Positions 27,435 through 41,585 of a stretch of DNA of 64,000 bases are shown piece after piece. The translations under genes were made by a program, and so were the position numbers. Location of the stretch: NCBI GenBank assembly GCA_017499595.2, contig CM039004.1, forward strand, positions 2,418,001 to 2,482,000, read 5' to 3'. Under the pieces are notes generated by a model. That model did no database searches. It was not told the origin of the DNA and saw only the letters and a program-made list of their open reading frames with translations. The stretch is from Psilocybe cubensis (taxonomy: Eukaryota). Position 1 is the stretch's first letter; the number at the start of each line of letters is the position of its first letter.

Positions 27435-30400
27435 ATGCAAGAAGCTGATGAGCAAGGTACCGCAAATATTCATCTCTTGTCGTCTATTATTCACCTTATT
27501 GTTCTGCACGACCCTTAGATACATGTCGAATCTGCAGTGTGCCGGCAGAGCCCGACCAACCCCTCTTTCATCCTTGCAAATGTTCGGGGACTATCCGTTA
27601 TATTCATCAGGACTGGTATGCTTCAAGATCTATCACATCCAAACCTTTGAACTTACACGATTCATATGATATAGTCTGACAACATGGCTCGCCCATAGCA
27701 AGAAGAAGACTTGCGATGTCTGCAAGCATCCCTATTCATTTACAAAAGGTACGACAAGTTTTGCGCGGCTTCGAGATTGGTAAATTATTGACAAAATATG
27801 GTATCAAGTCTACGCCTCAGACATGCCATCATCCCTTCCACCTCTCCTACTCATTCGGCGGCTGTTACAACAATTATTTTTCGCCGTGTTGTTCGTATTG
27901 AGAGGCATAGCTGTTGCTACAATCTGGCTAGGAGTATTGCCATGGGTGACAGTGTGGACGTGGAGAATGTACTTTTCAATGGGGGAATCCGCGTACGTAC
28001 TCATCCGGGACCTCACCCCAATATCCACTTCTGACAGCTTCCTCTGTTTAGCGCCTGGTGGATAAGTGACCGCCCAAGACCTCCGAGTACAGAACCAACA
28101 GCAACATTTTTCAATAGAATACGCTACGAAGTCCCTGTACCGCCATCCAAGAGCATCTATACCAAGGTTTCTTCACATCCGGTATGGATAGCGCTCTCGG
28201 CAGACATATTCACCGGCCAGATTATTGCATCGCTCATTGTCCTCATCTTCGTCGCCGTCTTCCTCCTCCGCGAATGGATATCGCAGAATGCTCGTCCGGG
28301 CGTATTCGAAGAGGAAGAGCTCCCCGAGCTGCCCCCCGTCCCTGCGCCTCCTCCACCGCAACCACAACCGCAGCAGCAACCCAGGCTCGTCCGCCATTTT
28401 GCGCCGCTCGACCCCGCCAACCCGAACCTTGAACGTGAATTGAGGGCCCGCGCCGCTTTCAATGAGCGCCAGATCGAGGCTCTACGTGCGATGGAGGCGA
28501 TGCGTCAGAATCTGGATCCAAACATCGCCGTGGACCCCAACAGATGGCGAACGGACGCCCAAATAGCTGCGCTTAGGGATAGGAAGAAAAAAATGAAAGC
28601 CAAAGGCCAAAGGCCACCGCATACGGTACGCGATGAAAACCAGGGAGAAACGGACGAGGAAGATGTACAATTTGAGTTAGAGCAAGCGAAGAAGAAAATA
28701 TTCAACCGACATGTTACAGTGGCGCAGGCCTCCCGGCGCAGCTTCCCGCGTCCACCATCGCCTGAGCTCGAGGTTGCGGAGTTGCAGAATACACTCGACT
28801 TCGTGATCCCTCTTGATGGTCCGACTGCGAAGACCGCTTCCAGTGCGGGCCCGTCAACGAGTCCGGTGTCTCCGGATTTCTTTGCACAAAACCCATTTTC
28901 ATCGTCGTCAAAGTCAGACTCACCGTTCCCTCCTGTCGCCCTCAAGCCTCCCAGCGGTGACATCCCTTTTTCGTTACGTGGGTGGCAAACGACGAATACC
29001 AACCCGACCCCGTCCCACGAACAACCTGAACCTGTTTTCCCCCCTGTTACTCTTCAGCCTCCTGCTGACGACATTCCTTTCTCCCTCCGTGGATGGCAGA
29101 CAACCTCACAGCCCATATCTAAAACGGTATCACAGCCTCAGCCAGAAGTCCCGCTGCAGGCTGAGCCAGTCCAGCGCAGCGCCAGCACCGGCAGCGCCGC
29201 GCTCGCTCGCCCACCTCTGCCTATGGCACCACTACCCCAGTCCGGACATAATTCACCATTCTTGTTTTCTCCCGGCAAAACATCTGTCGACTCACCTAGC
29301 CATTCGACCTATCGCGCTCCAGAGGAGCTACAGAAACCACAACAGCCAGAAGCCGGACCATCAAATCCGACCGCAAATTCCTCGAGGGACTACTTCACTG
29401 CCGCCTACCCATCATCTCCGGCTGAGGCCACCAACGGTCACGATGAGGAGGCTGAACGCGAGGAGTGGCTGAACGCACGGGAGGAAGCTATCAAAATGAT
29501 GGAGGAGGAGGAAATTGCCATGGAACAGGATAGCAAGTACTACTCGGTGAGGCAGCGGCTGAATCGAAGACGAGCACATCACCCGCATCATCAGCATTGG
29601 CTTGAGAATGCTAGCGACGACGACGCGGAGGTGGAGAGCAAAGGCAAAGGGAAGATGAAAGAGATGGAAATGAACATAGGCGCATCGACGGCGGTTGTCA
29701 CTGATGTCGGTATTGGAGGGGCGAGTACGAGTAGGGAGCCGCATGGTGCTGCGGCGACGCCGGAGAGTGCGCTGCCAGATTCAGATGTTGATATGGAAGT
29801 GGAGCGGAATAGGTACTTCCAGGCTGCTGCTGAGGCGAAGGTTGGGGACGGGGGCGAGCCTGGGTTAGTAAGTCCCAGCGAGTCGGACGACACAGAAGAG
29901 GATGACGAGGATGATTTCCATGAAGACGACGAAGTAGACGATAGGCATGGAAACGGGCATAGAAATCGACGTCCACATCCTCTCCGACGGCCTCATCTCG
30001 AAGAAGAAGATGACGATGAAGATGACGACGCAGTGTTCTTCCGTGAGCCGAATGATGATGACGGAGTGTCCGACGACGAGGAAGATCAGGCCCAATGGAA
30101 TATTGACGAACAGCAACAGGGGCGGCAACAGGCACGAGCAGGTGCACCGGCTGGCGGGGCGGGTGGAGAAAGGGAAATTGTGCAGTGGGGTGCTCCAGGT
30201 GTACCTGGTGGTGCTCCTGTTGCGAACGACGCCGATGTTGCGGCTGGGCTTGACCTGGAAGATGCGGACGCTAATGGTGAAGATGAATTGGAAGGTGTAA
30301 TGGAAGGTTCGTTTTCCAAGCTTTTTTCTTCATTTATTCCCGACTTATGGTCTTTGTTCTAGCTATTGGAATGAGAGGTCCCATCTTTGGTGTCTTCCAG

Positions 30401-33400
30401 AACGTATGTTTCTCATTCCTCTTTTCTTCCCCCCCTTTTGTTGAGCTTTTCTCTTCAGGCGGCCTTGATGATCTTTGTTCTTGACACTGCTATTGGCATT
30501 TGTGTTTGGGTACCTTTCACTATCGGCAAAACAACAGCTCTGCTCACTGTATGTTATCATTTTCTTAATCATTGATTTCACTAAGCTGAATCATTATGTG
30601 CATAGTTGGACCCCAAACGACTACTGCAAGTTCTGCATTTACCCATACGAGCCATGCGATACCTCACAGATCCTTTCGTCGACGTCTTCGTGTTCATCAT
30701 CATGCGCGTCTTACTTCCTCGCATTGGCAGCTTACTCGGCAAACTGTTCCAACTTTTCTGGTTCCTCGGTTCGAATACGATTGGTAAACTGTTGGGGCAG
30801 GGCATCAGTTCGGGTATTTCGGAATTTTCGTTGAGAATGGTGTGCACCCTTTTTTTTTGCTTTCAATATTCGCAGAGGCTGACGGGCGCATCTGTTCTTT
30901 CTTCAGTACAACCAATCAGCGGATATTATTAGCAAACCCCTTGCTCAGCTATCGGCGTGGACATCTCCTGCAAATATAACTACTGAATCCATATCACCGG
31001 CAAACTCGACCGACCTCCTGGCCGCACTTCCGGACTATTTAGGATTCACGGAACCTTACTTTGAAGTTGTAGGACGCGAAGTGAGGGTTGCGACTACGGA
31101 AGTGCAGCAGTCTTGGGTTCGTCTGTCTTTGGGAAATGGCCCTCTCAGCCGCTTTTTCGCTATCAGCTTGGGCTATTGCGTCGTCAGCGTGTTATTACTG
31201 TTTTATCTGAACGTTTTGACTGTTGGCAACGCGAGAACTGCTGGTGTCGCTGTTCGGAACGCGATTCGTCAACAGCTGCTTGTGCTCAAGGTATGTTCTT
31301 TTCTTGTCAAGAAGCTTGATTTTTTTTTTTCTAATTTGGGCTTTTAATTAGGTCGCAGCCTTTATTTTCATCGAGCTCGTCGTGTTCCCATTGGGTTGTG
31401 GTATCGTGCTGGATCTGTGCACTGTGTGGTTGTTCCCAGAGGCCAATCTGCAATCTCGCATCGCATTTTTCTATTCTGCGCCTTTGACCGCCATGTTCTA
31501 TCACTGGGTTGCAGGGACAATGTTCATGTAAGTTTTATTTTTATTACTTGCTGAGATTTGAACTCACTTTGTTAATTATCAAAGGTACTCATTTGCTGTT
31601 CTTCTGTCGGGTTGCCGGAGTGTGATGCGACCGGGAGCGATGTGGTTTATTAAAGATCCTCAGGACCAGAATTCGCACCCTATTCGGGATATCCTTGACC
31701 GCCCTACCCTCACCCAACTTCGCAAAATATGCGTCAGTGGCTTGATGTATTCGTTTGTGGTGGCGTGTGTCGTCGGCAGCGTTGCGGCGCTATTGGTTCT
31801 GGGCAGTAAATCAATCTTGCCATTCAGATGGAAAAATCGGTGCGCATATTTTTTCGCTCAATGGGTAGTACGGGCTACATGTTCTTATCTTTTCGATCTT
31901 TTTAGGGAACCGCTTTCGAATGTCCCCATTGACTTGCTATTCTTGCACCTTGTCCTGCCGTACACCATGCACTACTTCCGGCCGAAGAAAACGATCAAGC
32001 ATTTTACAACTATCGTGTGGAAGTTTATTGCAACGCGCCTGCGTCTCACTTCCTACTTCTTCGGTGGGAGATATCCCGAAGAAGAGTTTACCCCAAAGCA
32101 CTGGAAGGAGAATTTCATCCGGGGAAACATTCTCGTGGTGATGGACGACGACCATGCAGATGGCACGTTCCGGCGTGTGCCAGCGACTGATAATCTCGCG
32201 CTGCCGCGGGATATGCGTGCGACGGTCGCGGTGGACGCGCGGGGCGAGCCCGTGGACGAGGCCGCGCGCGAGCTGATGGAGCTGCAGAACGCAGAAGCAG
32301 AAAAGGCCAAACGGTCCGTCAAAGACGACTACATGATCGTGTACATGCCCCCGCACTTCCGATGGCGCATTATCGCGTTCATCGTGGTCTTTTGGATCTT
32401 TGGCGCGGTTGTGCTGGGTGTTGGCGTCGCGGTGCCTGTGCAGCTTGGGCGCAGCTTCTTTAGGCTGTTCACGCCGCGCGAGGTGCATGACGGGTACTCG
32501 TTCATCATTGGGTTTTACCTCCTCTGGGTGTGCTATCTCACGGCCAAGGCGGTGGATAGACTGGACAAGCGGCGTCAGCGCCGCAGTGCGGATGGCCCCC
32601 GTGCGGATCTGTACATTCTCGTGCTCAAGCGCGGGTTACTGTGGATTGCGAAGACGGCGTATATGGTGCTGTTCCTAGGCATTGTGCTGCCGACGCTGTT
32701 GGCGCTTGTGATTGATCTGTATATTATCCTGCCTATCAGGTTGATGTATAACCCTAGTATGGTGCCGCACATACGTATCGTGGATCTTTGGGCGCTTGGT
32801 CTGCTTTATTCGAAGATTGCGATGCTCTCACGGCGTATGCAGCCTAATCGCATCACGCGAGGATTGCAAATTGTACGTTCATTACTTTTTTATCTATCAT
32901 GTTCAAGCTATTTCTTACGCATTGTCGTTTTCTTACTTTTACCAGATCGCTGCTCATGGATGGACACGACCGGACCCTGTACGTGCCACGAAAGACGTGA
33001 TTGGCCCATTGTGTGGTGGATTCTTGGGCATGATCATACTCCCCGGCGCAGCCTTCCGCGCACTACAATACCTCTTCCCCAGTATCACCGTCGACAACCG
33101 GTTCATGTGTACGTCACACTTTCCCTCTCCTTCCTCCGCGCTCGATATTGATTATTGACATTTGATTTTTTTTTTGGTGTGGTTATAGTTATGCACGTGT
33201 ACCCGGCCGTATTCATAATCGCAGGCGGCGTGCGCACGGCGATGTCGATGTACGGTGTGCTCTCGGCGTGGTCGCAGGCTGTGAGGGATAAGGAGTTTTT
33301 GGTGGAGATGAGGCTTAGGAACCATGAGCCGGAGATGGAGAATGAGGTTCCGCCTGCGATGGCACCTGCGTCTGCTACTACAGCGGCTGCGTCTGGTACC

Positions 33401-33562
33401 GGTGGTGGGGGTGGGGGTGCAGCGCAAGATGGAGAGGATGGTCCTCGGCCAGCACAACAGCAGCAGCAGAGGGAGGAGAGGGTGGAGACAGATGTGCATT
33501 GGGATGAGTATCTCGCTGAAAATGAGAGGATTAACGCGGAGAGGCGCGCGGCGCTTCTGTGA
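27435..33562 (+). CDS. SSM4: ERAD E3 ubiquitin ligase Doa10/Ssm4/MARCH6 (RING-CH + multi-TM), multi-exon
   Basis: [50 protein letters not shown] RING-variant; LREWI motif; conserved TD-domain segments (FPLGCGIVLD, HWVAGTMFM, MRPGAMWFIKDP); C-terminal VRDKEFLVEMRLRN. Confidence 0.93.
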
Positions 33563-33563
33563 G

Positions 33564-33598
<35 letters not shown>
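33563..33598. repeat. (GTT)12 microsatellite immediately after the DOA10 stop codon
   Basis: Direct reading. Confidence 0.95.
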
Positions 33599-34317
33599 GC
33601 TTTCCTTTCCTTTTTTTTCTTTTTTCTTTGTTTTTTGCTCTTGAGAGATTTTTGTGGAGGACTCTCTTCTTTTTTTTTTTTTAACATTTTACCCGCCTAC
33701 CCTTCCTACCCCTACCCGAAGGAAAGGAAAGGAAGGGAAAATTCGCGCTATATTATCGACTATTAAAGATTAAACATTTATACGTATACACCCCTCCGCA
33801 CCACACTGCACACTGCACTCTCACTGCACACCTTGTATATAATCTAATTTGTGCTTAGAACTTGAACTTGAAGTCGTTTTGTGTAAATTTGTGGTAGTGT
33901 TCCTATTTCCGCGCTATTTCCTGAGCTCTTAAAGTTATCATAGCACCTTGGAGCCTGGAGCCTGGAAAACGACGGCAACGGGCTTTGTCAAGGGTGGTCC
34001 AAGCGCCCTGTCATAAATGTGGCACCTACGGACCAGACTCCTCCCGACTCCGCAGCTTATGATGCATGAGCAATGGCATGTATCGAATATTATATGTAGC
34101 GGGCATTTCCACGATATCATGACAACTGCTCTCACAGACCCAACAACATTCTTCTTAACCTTATACGTACTTACCTAGCTCAGATGATCTAATACTCAGG
34201 AAACGCCAATGCAATGGAAATGCAGATGTTGAAGAGAAATTGAGATTATGATAGTACAATATACAACAAACAATAAGATAGCGAAAAAAAGAAAAACAGT
34301 GAAAACCCTGAACCCTA

Positions 34318-34815
<498 letters not shown>

Positions 34816-35132
34816 GTTGATTTAAGTGGTTGGTGGTGGGGGAGTTAAAAGTGTGAGTGTGGTGTGTGTGTGTGTTGGGTGGTGGAAGCGAGATAACAAG
34901 CCGTGGTTTATTCCAGGCGTCCTTATATAAGAAGAGGATGTGTGGCTGTGCTGCATTTTCCTCGTTTGTTGAATTCACTGGATAGAGGCGCGGTGGGTCA
35001 CGTGGAGAGCGCGATCGCGTTTGTATATAATCGACCCTCGCTTTGGGTAATGGACCCCCACTTACTTTTTCGTCACCCACCAACTCACACCACCACCACC
35101 ACCACTTAACAACAACAACAACAACAGCAACA
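34816..35132. promoter_or_regulatory. Bidirectional H4-H3 promoter
   Basis: 317 bp between divergent ATGs; TATATAA boxes at about 34923-34930 and 35024-35030, with CGCG-containing motifs between them. Confidence 0.7.
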
Positions 35133-35663
<531 letters not shown>

Positions 35664-36848
35664 AGCGTTTCTTGGTTATCTGTCTTTTTCTCTTTTTATT
35701 CCGCATTGTTATTGTATTATAGTGTATCTTTTCATCTTTTCAATCGTTATGCCCATGCCGCAATATGATCCATGGTTAATTTTTTTCCCCAACGAATCCA
35801 AGGAATGGTGTGAGTGTGAATATATGCGTGCGATAAACAAACGCGTCGCGTCGCGTATTTGTTGATGCCATTCTGAGTCCCTTTCAGGCCGGAAAGGGAA
35901 AGAGGGTCGCACGACCTCGTGGCCCACGCGTCGCGAAAACTTGGCACCAACAATCACTTGGCCGTCCATTCTCCTTTCCGAATTCCTCTCTCTTGTGACC
36001 CTATCTGCACCATTGTTGGTGGTGTACAATGCATCTTTGGTAAGATGCTCACTACCGTGGCCAGGACGGTCTGGCCATAGTTTTTCTCTTAACAACTTGA
36101 TTCAGGCGCCACTGTTTGTTGGTCGTCTAGTAATTGATGACACCTCTTGAAGCTTGCAATGACGCCGAAATTGATTCAATTATATTTTATAACCCGACCT
36201 CAGCCGACCGACGGTCTACTTGAAACTTGAGTCAGCGTAGCTGAACCTATCTATCTATCAGACAAAGAAAGGGCCTTGCAATACTTGTATACAAATGCGG
36301 TTACTATATCTATATCTTTGCCCTCACTCAATTCAATTTCACGCCGTCCAGACTCCCGCCTAACGACTCACTGAAGCCCAGCACGAGGTTGGATGCCCCC
36401 TATCCTCCAGGAACCCTGATGACGGCCACGGCCACGAGCCTAGGAATGATAGTATCTCGCCATCTCCAGGTCGACGCGATTTGTCAATTCAATTTTCAAT
36501 TTTCAATTTTTTTTCATTTTGCAAAAAGAAAAAAACACGCAGTGATTATGACCCACAGCGGTGGGTCAGGTCAGCGTCAGGTCAGGTCACCGGCAGCTAC
36601 GTACTGTACTCGAGCCTACCTCGGCCATCCAACCTACTTATCCAACCTCTTTGTCAAGATATGTATATCAGCGCGGATCGCGCCCCTCATCAATCACGCT
36701 TGAGGCCCACCCGGCGTGGAGTCGCTTTTGCTTTTTGTCTTTTCTCTCTCTCTCTCTCTCTCCCTCCCACATCCTTCGTCTCCACCTTCGTCCGCTGTCG
36801 CTGTCGACTGCGTCCTGAGCTGTACCGCCGCCGCCGGTGCGATCGCCA

Positions 36849-39460
36849 ATGGATGGGCAGACAGGGACAGGTTTTCCGGGCGCGGGCTTTCCCCCGCCTG
36901 GAGGTCCAGCGGCACCGCCCCTGTTCATGTACCCCGCTGGCATGATGATGGTCACTCCTGACATCCTTCGTGCGCTCAGGGGGTGGACGATCTTGACCGT
37001 GAGCTGCTCCTCATTAACTCTGCTGTGTATTCATCGTCCTGATTGACTTGGTGTGTGTTTAGTACCTCGAAGGTGTGTGCGCGACGCAACGCTCGTGCGA
37101 CCATTATCGAGAACTGACTCAACACTGCGCTTAGTAACGGCCATGACACTTTTCCTGTACGACTACACTCTCACCTTCGGCATGGAATATCGCCTAGTCT
37201 GGAAGAAGCGGTCGAGCGTGATCAAACTCCTTTACATCTTCCAACGATATCTGCCCTTCTGCGATGTCGGCTTTCTGACGATATATCGTGCGTGTCGCCT
37301 TTCGTACACTTCACATCGTTAATCAATGTTTGATGAAATGATGGTTTTAGGGCACTCGTCTGCGAACCTTACGGGCCCGCAGTGTCATGTTTTGACTGTT
37401 GGGACTGGAAGTATGTCTGTCCGCCCCCTCCTAATTTGCTACCACTGTGGACTAACCGTTGTTCTCCCTCCTCCTTGTCCTAACTCTGAAGTCCTGACAT
37501 TTACCGGTGCTATTGCCTCTGAAAGTGCGCTACTACCCTTATCACCCTATCACACATGCTCCTAACCTAATTCAATTCTCACTTCTCTACTCCATTCCAC
37601 TCCACTCAACCCACTCCACTCAACTCAACCCCAACTCAACCCCAACTCAACCCAACCCACTCAACCCACTCAACTCAACCCACTCAACTCAACTTAACCC
37701 CAACTCAACTCAACTCAACCCACTCAATCCAACCCACTCAACCCAACCCACTCAACTCAACCACAACCGCAGTCCTCCTGACAATCCGCGTCTGGGCGCT
37801 CTGGAACCGCGACGCGGCACTCACCATCGCGCTGCCCATAGGCTTCGTCAGTGTTTGGGTCCCCGCGTCTGTTGCGGGGTATTTTTATATTCAGGGGCTT
37901 ATCTGTCAGTTTTTTTTTTTTCTTTTTTCTTTTTTTTCGTCCCTTTCGCTCCTTTCGTTTCTTTTTTTGTTTTTTTGTGTCGTTTCGCGTGCCGAAAAGG
38001 AGAAAGCTGATTGTTACTTATATGCCTGTGTGCGTGTGTGTGTGTGGTTGTGTGTTTTGTGTGTGTAGACCCAGAGGTCCCATTACACCCAGGCTTTTTG
38101 GGATGTGTGATCTTGAAGGATAATCATATGGTCATTTGGTGTTGGCTCGGGCTCTTGATTTGGGATACGAGTGAGTACTTTCTGTCTCTCAAATCTATGC
38201 GCATATCTCTGAATTCCTTTTTTTTTTTTGTAGTTTGTTTGATTCTGGTTGCTGTTCCTGGTGTAAAATCATGTACGTTCGCGTTCGCTCTTTTGCACAT
38301 GCACAGCAGTGCAAAGCAAAGCAAAGCAGAACAATTTCATTGACGTTGAGTCGAAAATGCAGTTCGAGCAGGTCCGGTGTCAAGGCTTGAATACGTCGTA
38401 TATCGCGATGGTAAGCACCCCTCCTTCCGCCTGTATATCAATATATCAATGCACATCCACTGACTGGTTGCCTTCATCTTCACAGGGAGCTTGTACTACC
38501 TCGTCCTCTTCGGTACGATGACGATGCCACCGCATCCTTTTTCTTTCCCCCTTTTTCTCGTTCCATTGGATGCATGGTCTGATGCCTCGTCTCGTCGCAG
38601 TGTTATCGATCCTCAATATCATCTTCAGCGCTCTCTTTCCGGTAAGCTCTCCACTGTCCTCTCACCTGCATGCATGTATGCACCATGGCTCACGTTCATT
38701 CGTTATTTGCGTTGCGTTGCGTCGGTCTACCCCACACCAGCCTAATGTTCGCGTGGTTACTCTCTCGTAGGTGTTTTGTTGTTGTTTTTTATGTCCACTT
38801 CTATGTCCTTGTTCTTTGTCCCTTGCCTGTGTACTTTGCACAAACTTCGTCCGGCGTTGATTTGTCGATTTCGATTTCGATTCTTTGCTTCTTCGCTTCG
38901 TGGAATTATCCTCGAATCGAAGATGGAGTACGGAATCTCCAAGGCCTTACCAAAGTGCCAAAGTGCATCGTGCATACTGGCGTAAAAGGACCGGAACGGA
39001 ATTCCAAACACACACAAAACGATGAACGATGAACATTGTACACTAACAAACCCTTCATCTTTCTTTTCTCTTCCATCTCTCAACCAGGTTAACAAGGGTC
39101 TTCCACTCGATGCTCGCAAGCCGCGTGCTCCTCGAGCTGAGGCAGCAGACGGACAATAACCACCCGTCCGAGTTCTCGCCGACCGAAATGGACTTTGATG
39201 AGCGGCTTGGGGCGATTGATACGGCTACTGGACATGGGTTTGGGTTTGGGTTTGGGAGGGTTGGGGGGGATTGTGAGTGTGGTGTGGAGGGCTGTGGTGG
39301 GGGTGTTGGTGTTGGGGGTGCAGGTGGAGGAGGAGGAGGTGCTGGTGCAGGTGCTGCTGGAGGTGCGGGTGCAGGTGCAGGTGTAGGAGGAGGAGGTGGT
39401 GGTGGTATGGCACGCCGGAATCGGGGCCGGAGCTTTGATTTGGACGATTTGGGAGCTTGA
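36849..39460 (+). CDS. DUF6533-type multi-pass membrane protein with Gly-rich low-complexity C-tail, many introns
   Basis: LFLYDYTLTFGMEYRLVWKKRSSVIKLLYIFQRY family signature; further LLTIRVWALW, YRDG..YYLVLF and RVFHSMLASRVLLELR segments. Confidence 0.8.
37600..37762. repeat. Degenerate CTCAA/CCCAA/CCCA minisatellite within an intron
   Basis: Runs of ccactcaacccactc / caactcaacc. Confidence 0.9.
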
Positions 39461-39583
39461 GACCTTCAGCTTGGAACGCTTTTCGAAAACTTCGACGGCG
39501 ATTTGGGTCGCGACACCCCCTTCAAGCGAATGTGAATCTTCTCACCATCTTTTTTTCGCTCTTTTTGCTTTTGACGCTGTCGG

Positions 39584-39756
39584 TGTTAGAGTTCCCTCTA
39601 ACGTAGACACACACACGTGCCTGTAGTCACATATCACACAGTATTTGTAGACACACCCGTAGCTACGTAGCCTCAGTTCCTTCTTTGTTAGCACACCCAA
39701 CACGTTCTGGTCCTTCGTCTCTCTCTCCCGCCTCGTCTCCGGGTCTCCTCCTAACA
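39584..39756 (+). repeat. 5' LTR
   Basis: Matches 45838-46010 with no difference seen by eye. Confidence 0.97.
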
Positions 39757-39773
39757 TCAAGAAGGAACTCTAA

Positions 39774-40304
39774 CACATTCAAAACATCCTCTCTCATCGC
39801 CTTTTGGCATTTCAATACCACCGTTTCCCAAACTGCCTGGACTACCTCGTTCCCCTTCGATCCTGCCCATCCAGCAGGATATCGAAGCCTGTACCGACAC
39901 TTGTGACCGCTACTCTTGGCAATTATTTTTTTTTGCAAAGAGACCTCTTGTTGCACGAAGAAACCCTGCGTATTGCTTCCAACCAGGGTGCATCTTTTGA
40001 TACCCTTCGGCGACTTACTGCTGCTGTTATAGACTGTCAACGGTCAATCTCACATACCAGAGACCTTCTCGCTTCCGCTGAAAGACAGTTGCGTTACCTA
40101 CACGACCAGGCTGATCGCGTTCGCGACCTACAAGATTGTCTGGCTACTCTGTCTCGCCGCATTGATAATCTGGCTTTTACCACCTCTCTTAGCCCTGCTA
40201 TTTTGTCTGGACTTCACGCCCGCCTTGACGATATTCTCAGCTCTCCTCTCTTCTCCAGGTCCTCTACCCCAGACAGCTTACCTGACCTTGAACCCTCCGA
40301 TTAG
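39774..40304 (+). other. Met-less upstream ORF (ORF0) in the retrotransposon leader, coiled-coil-like
   Basis: Stop-free frame between TAA 39771-39773 and TAG 40302-40304 with no ATG; heptad-like LRRLTAAVIDCQRSISHTRDLLASAERQLRYLHDQADRVRDLQDCLATLSRRIDNL. Confidence 0.4.
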
Positions 40305-40400
40305 AAGCGCATATATTCACCCTTTTGGCGCATACACCCACCCTCTCTGTTTTTTTCTCTTTCCTTTTTTTAATTCGCTTCTCGCTTATCGTTTGCACTC

Positions 40401-41585
40401 ATGCCTCCCGGAAAAAGTAAAGGTCGTTCGGTCTCCCCCCGTCGTGGTCGTGACGGTAGTGATGACGACACTGTGTCCCGAATTGACCCTGCCATTATCG
40501 CTCTCATTAAGGCTAGCCAGGAATCCAATAAAGAAACTATGAAAGATATTCTCGAACTGTCGCGTATACAAGCCGAAACTATGTTCAAATCATTCCTCGC
40601 GTTACCCCAACTCCAAACCTCTACCCACTCCTCTGCGACTACCTCTACCGCCCGCTCTGGTGATTCACGCGCTTATAAGGTGCCCTTTCCAGGTGCCTTC
40701 GACGGCTCCTCTGATACTGTCGAAGACTTGCTGGCCTCATGGCGTAACTTTTTTCACTCCGACCCCGAAGCATACAAAACCACTGATTCCAAAGTACGCA
40801 CCGCTCTCAGTTCTTTCAAGACCGGCACGCCCGCTGTCTGGCGTAACCAGCTCATTGAAGAGCTAGAGTCTGGGCAATGCGTCTTAACCAACTGGTCCGA
40901 CTTTGAGGAGCGCGTGAAAGACTCCTTCCTGTTCCATTTCTCGCAACAACGCGCGGCACGCGAGATCATGTGCATCCGTCAGAACTCCACGCCCACTCAA
41001 GAGTTCATTATTATCTTCGAGAACCTTGCCTTTCGCTCCAAGTTTAACGACGAAGCGTTGATCCAATGCTTCAAAATGGCCTTGGATAAGCGTATTATGG
41101 AGGAGATTGGACGAACACACCGTGAGATGCCCACATTCGCGGAATGGAAGAGTGCCGCAATCTTGATGGCTCACAGACTGCGTGAGACTGATGCCACGGT
41201 GACTCCGGTCGTCAACACCACCGCCACCTGGCGTCCTCCCCCTTCTTTCACCTCCACCCCTTCCACTGTTCAAAAGTCTAGCAACCCCCGCCCCGCTGCT
41301 CCTGCCCCCAACGCGACTCTACCTGCAAACATCTCCGCTGCTCCGAATCGACGTGCCGCCCTGCCCTGCTTTAACTGCGGCGTATTTGGCCACTTCATGC
41401 GAGTCTGCCCCAAACCCAAAGATCTCGAATTCCAACGCAAATCACGCGCAAAACTGGAACGAGCTCGGGCCGTCCTCGAGTGCTTTGATGCTTTGCCTGA
41501 TGACGACAAGCATGAGATTCGATGCGTTGATGTTGACGAAAGTGCCTTGTTTGATGATTCGGATTTTGTTTCTTGCGTCGAGTGA
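40401..41585 (+). CDS. gag: Gag (retrotransposon gag domain + CCHC zinc knuckle)
   Basis: PGAFDG motif, IRQ...EFIIIFENLA...LIQCFKMAL, and CFNCGVFGHFMRVC. Confidence 0.93.
   Translation: MPPGKSKGRSVSPRRGRDGSDDDTVSRIDPAIIALIKASQESNKETMKDILELSRIQAETMFKSFLALPQLQTSTHSSATTSTARSGDSRAYKVPFPGAFDGSSDTVEDLLASWRNFFHSDPEAYKTTDSKVRTALSSFKTGTPAVWRNQLIEELESGQCVLTNWSDFEERVKDSFLFHFSQQRAAREIMCIRQNSTPTQEFIIIFENLAFRSKFNDEALIQCFKMALDKRIMEEIGRTHREMPTFAEWKSAAILMAHRLRETDATVTPVVNTTATWRPPPSFTSTPSTVQKSSNPRPAAPAPNATLPANISAAPNRRAALPCFNCGVFGHFMRVCPKPKDLEFQRKSRAKLERARAVLECFDALPDDDKHEIRCVDVDESALFDDSDFVSCVE

Noticed and set aside
28482-32772. Antisense and alternative-frame ORFs inside DOA10
   Set aside because: Shadows of a GC-rich coding sequence.
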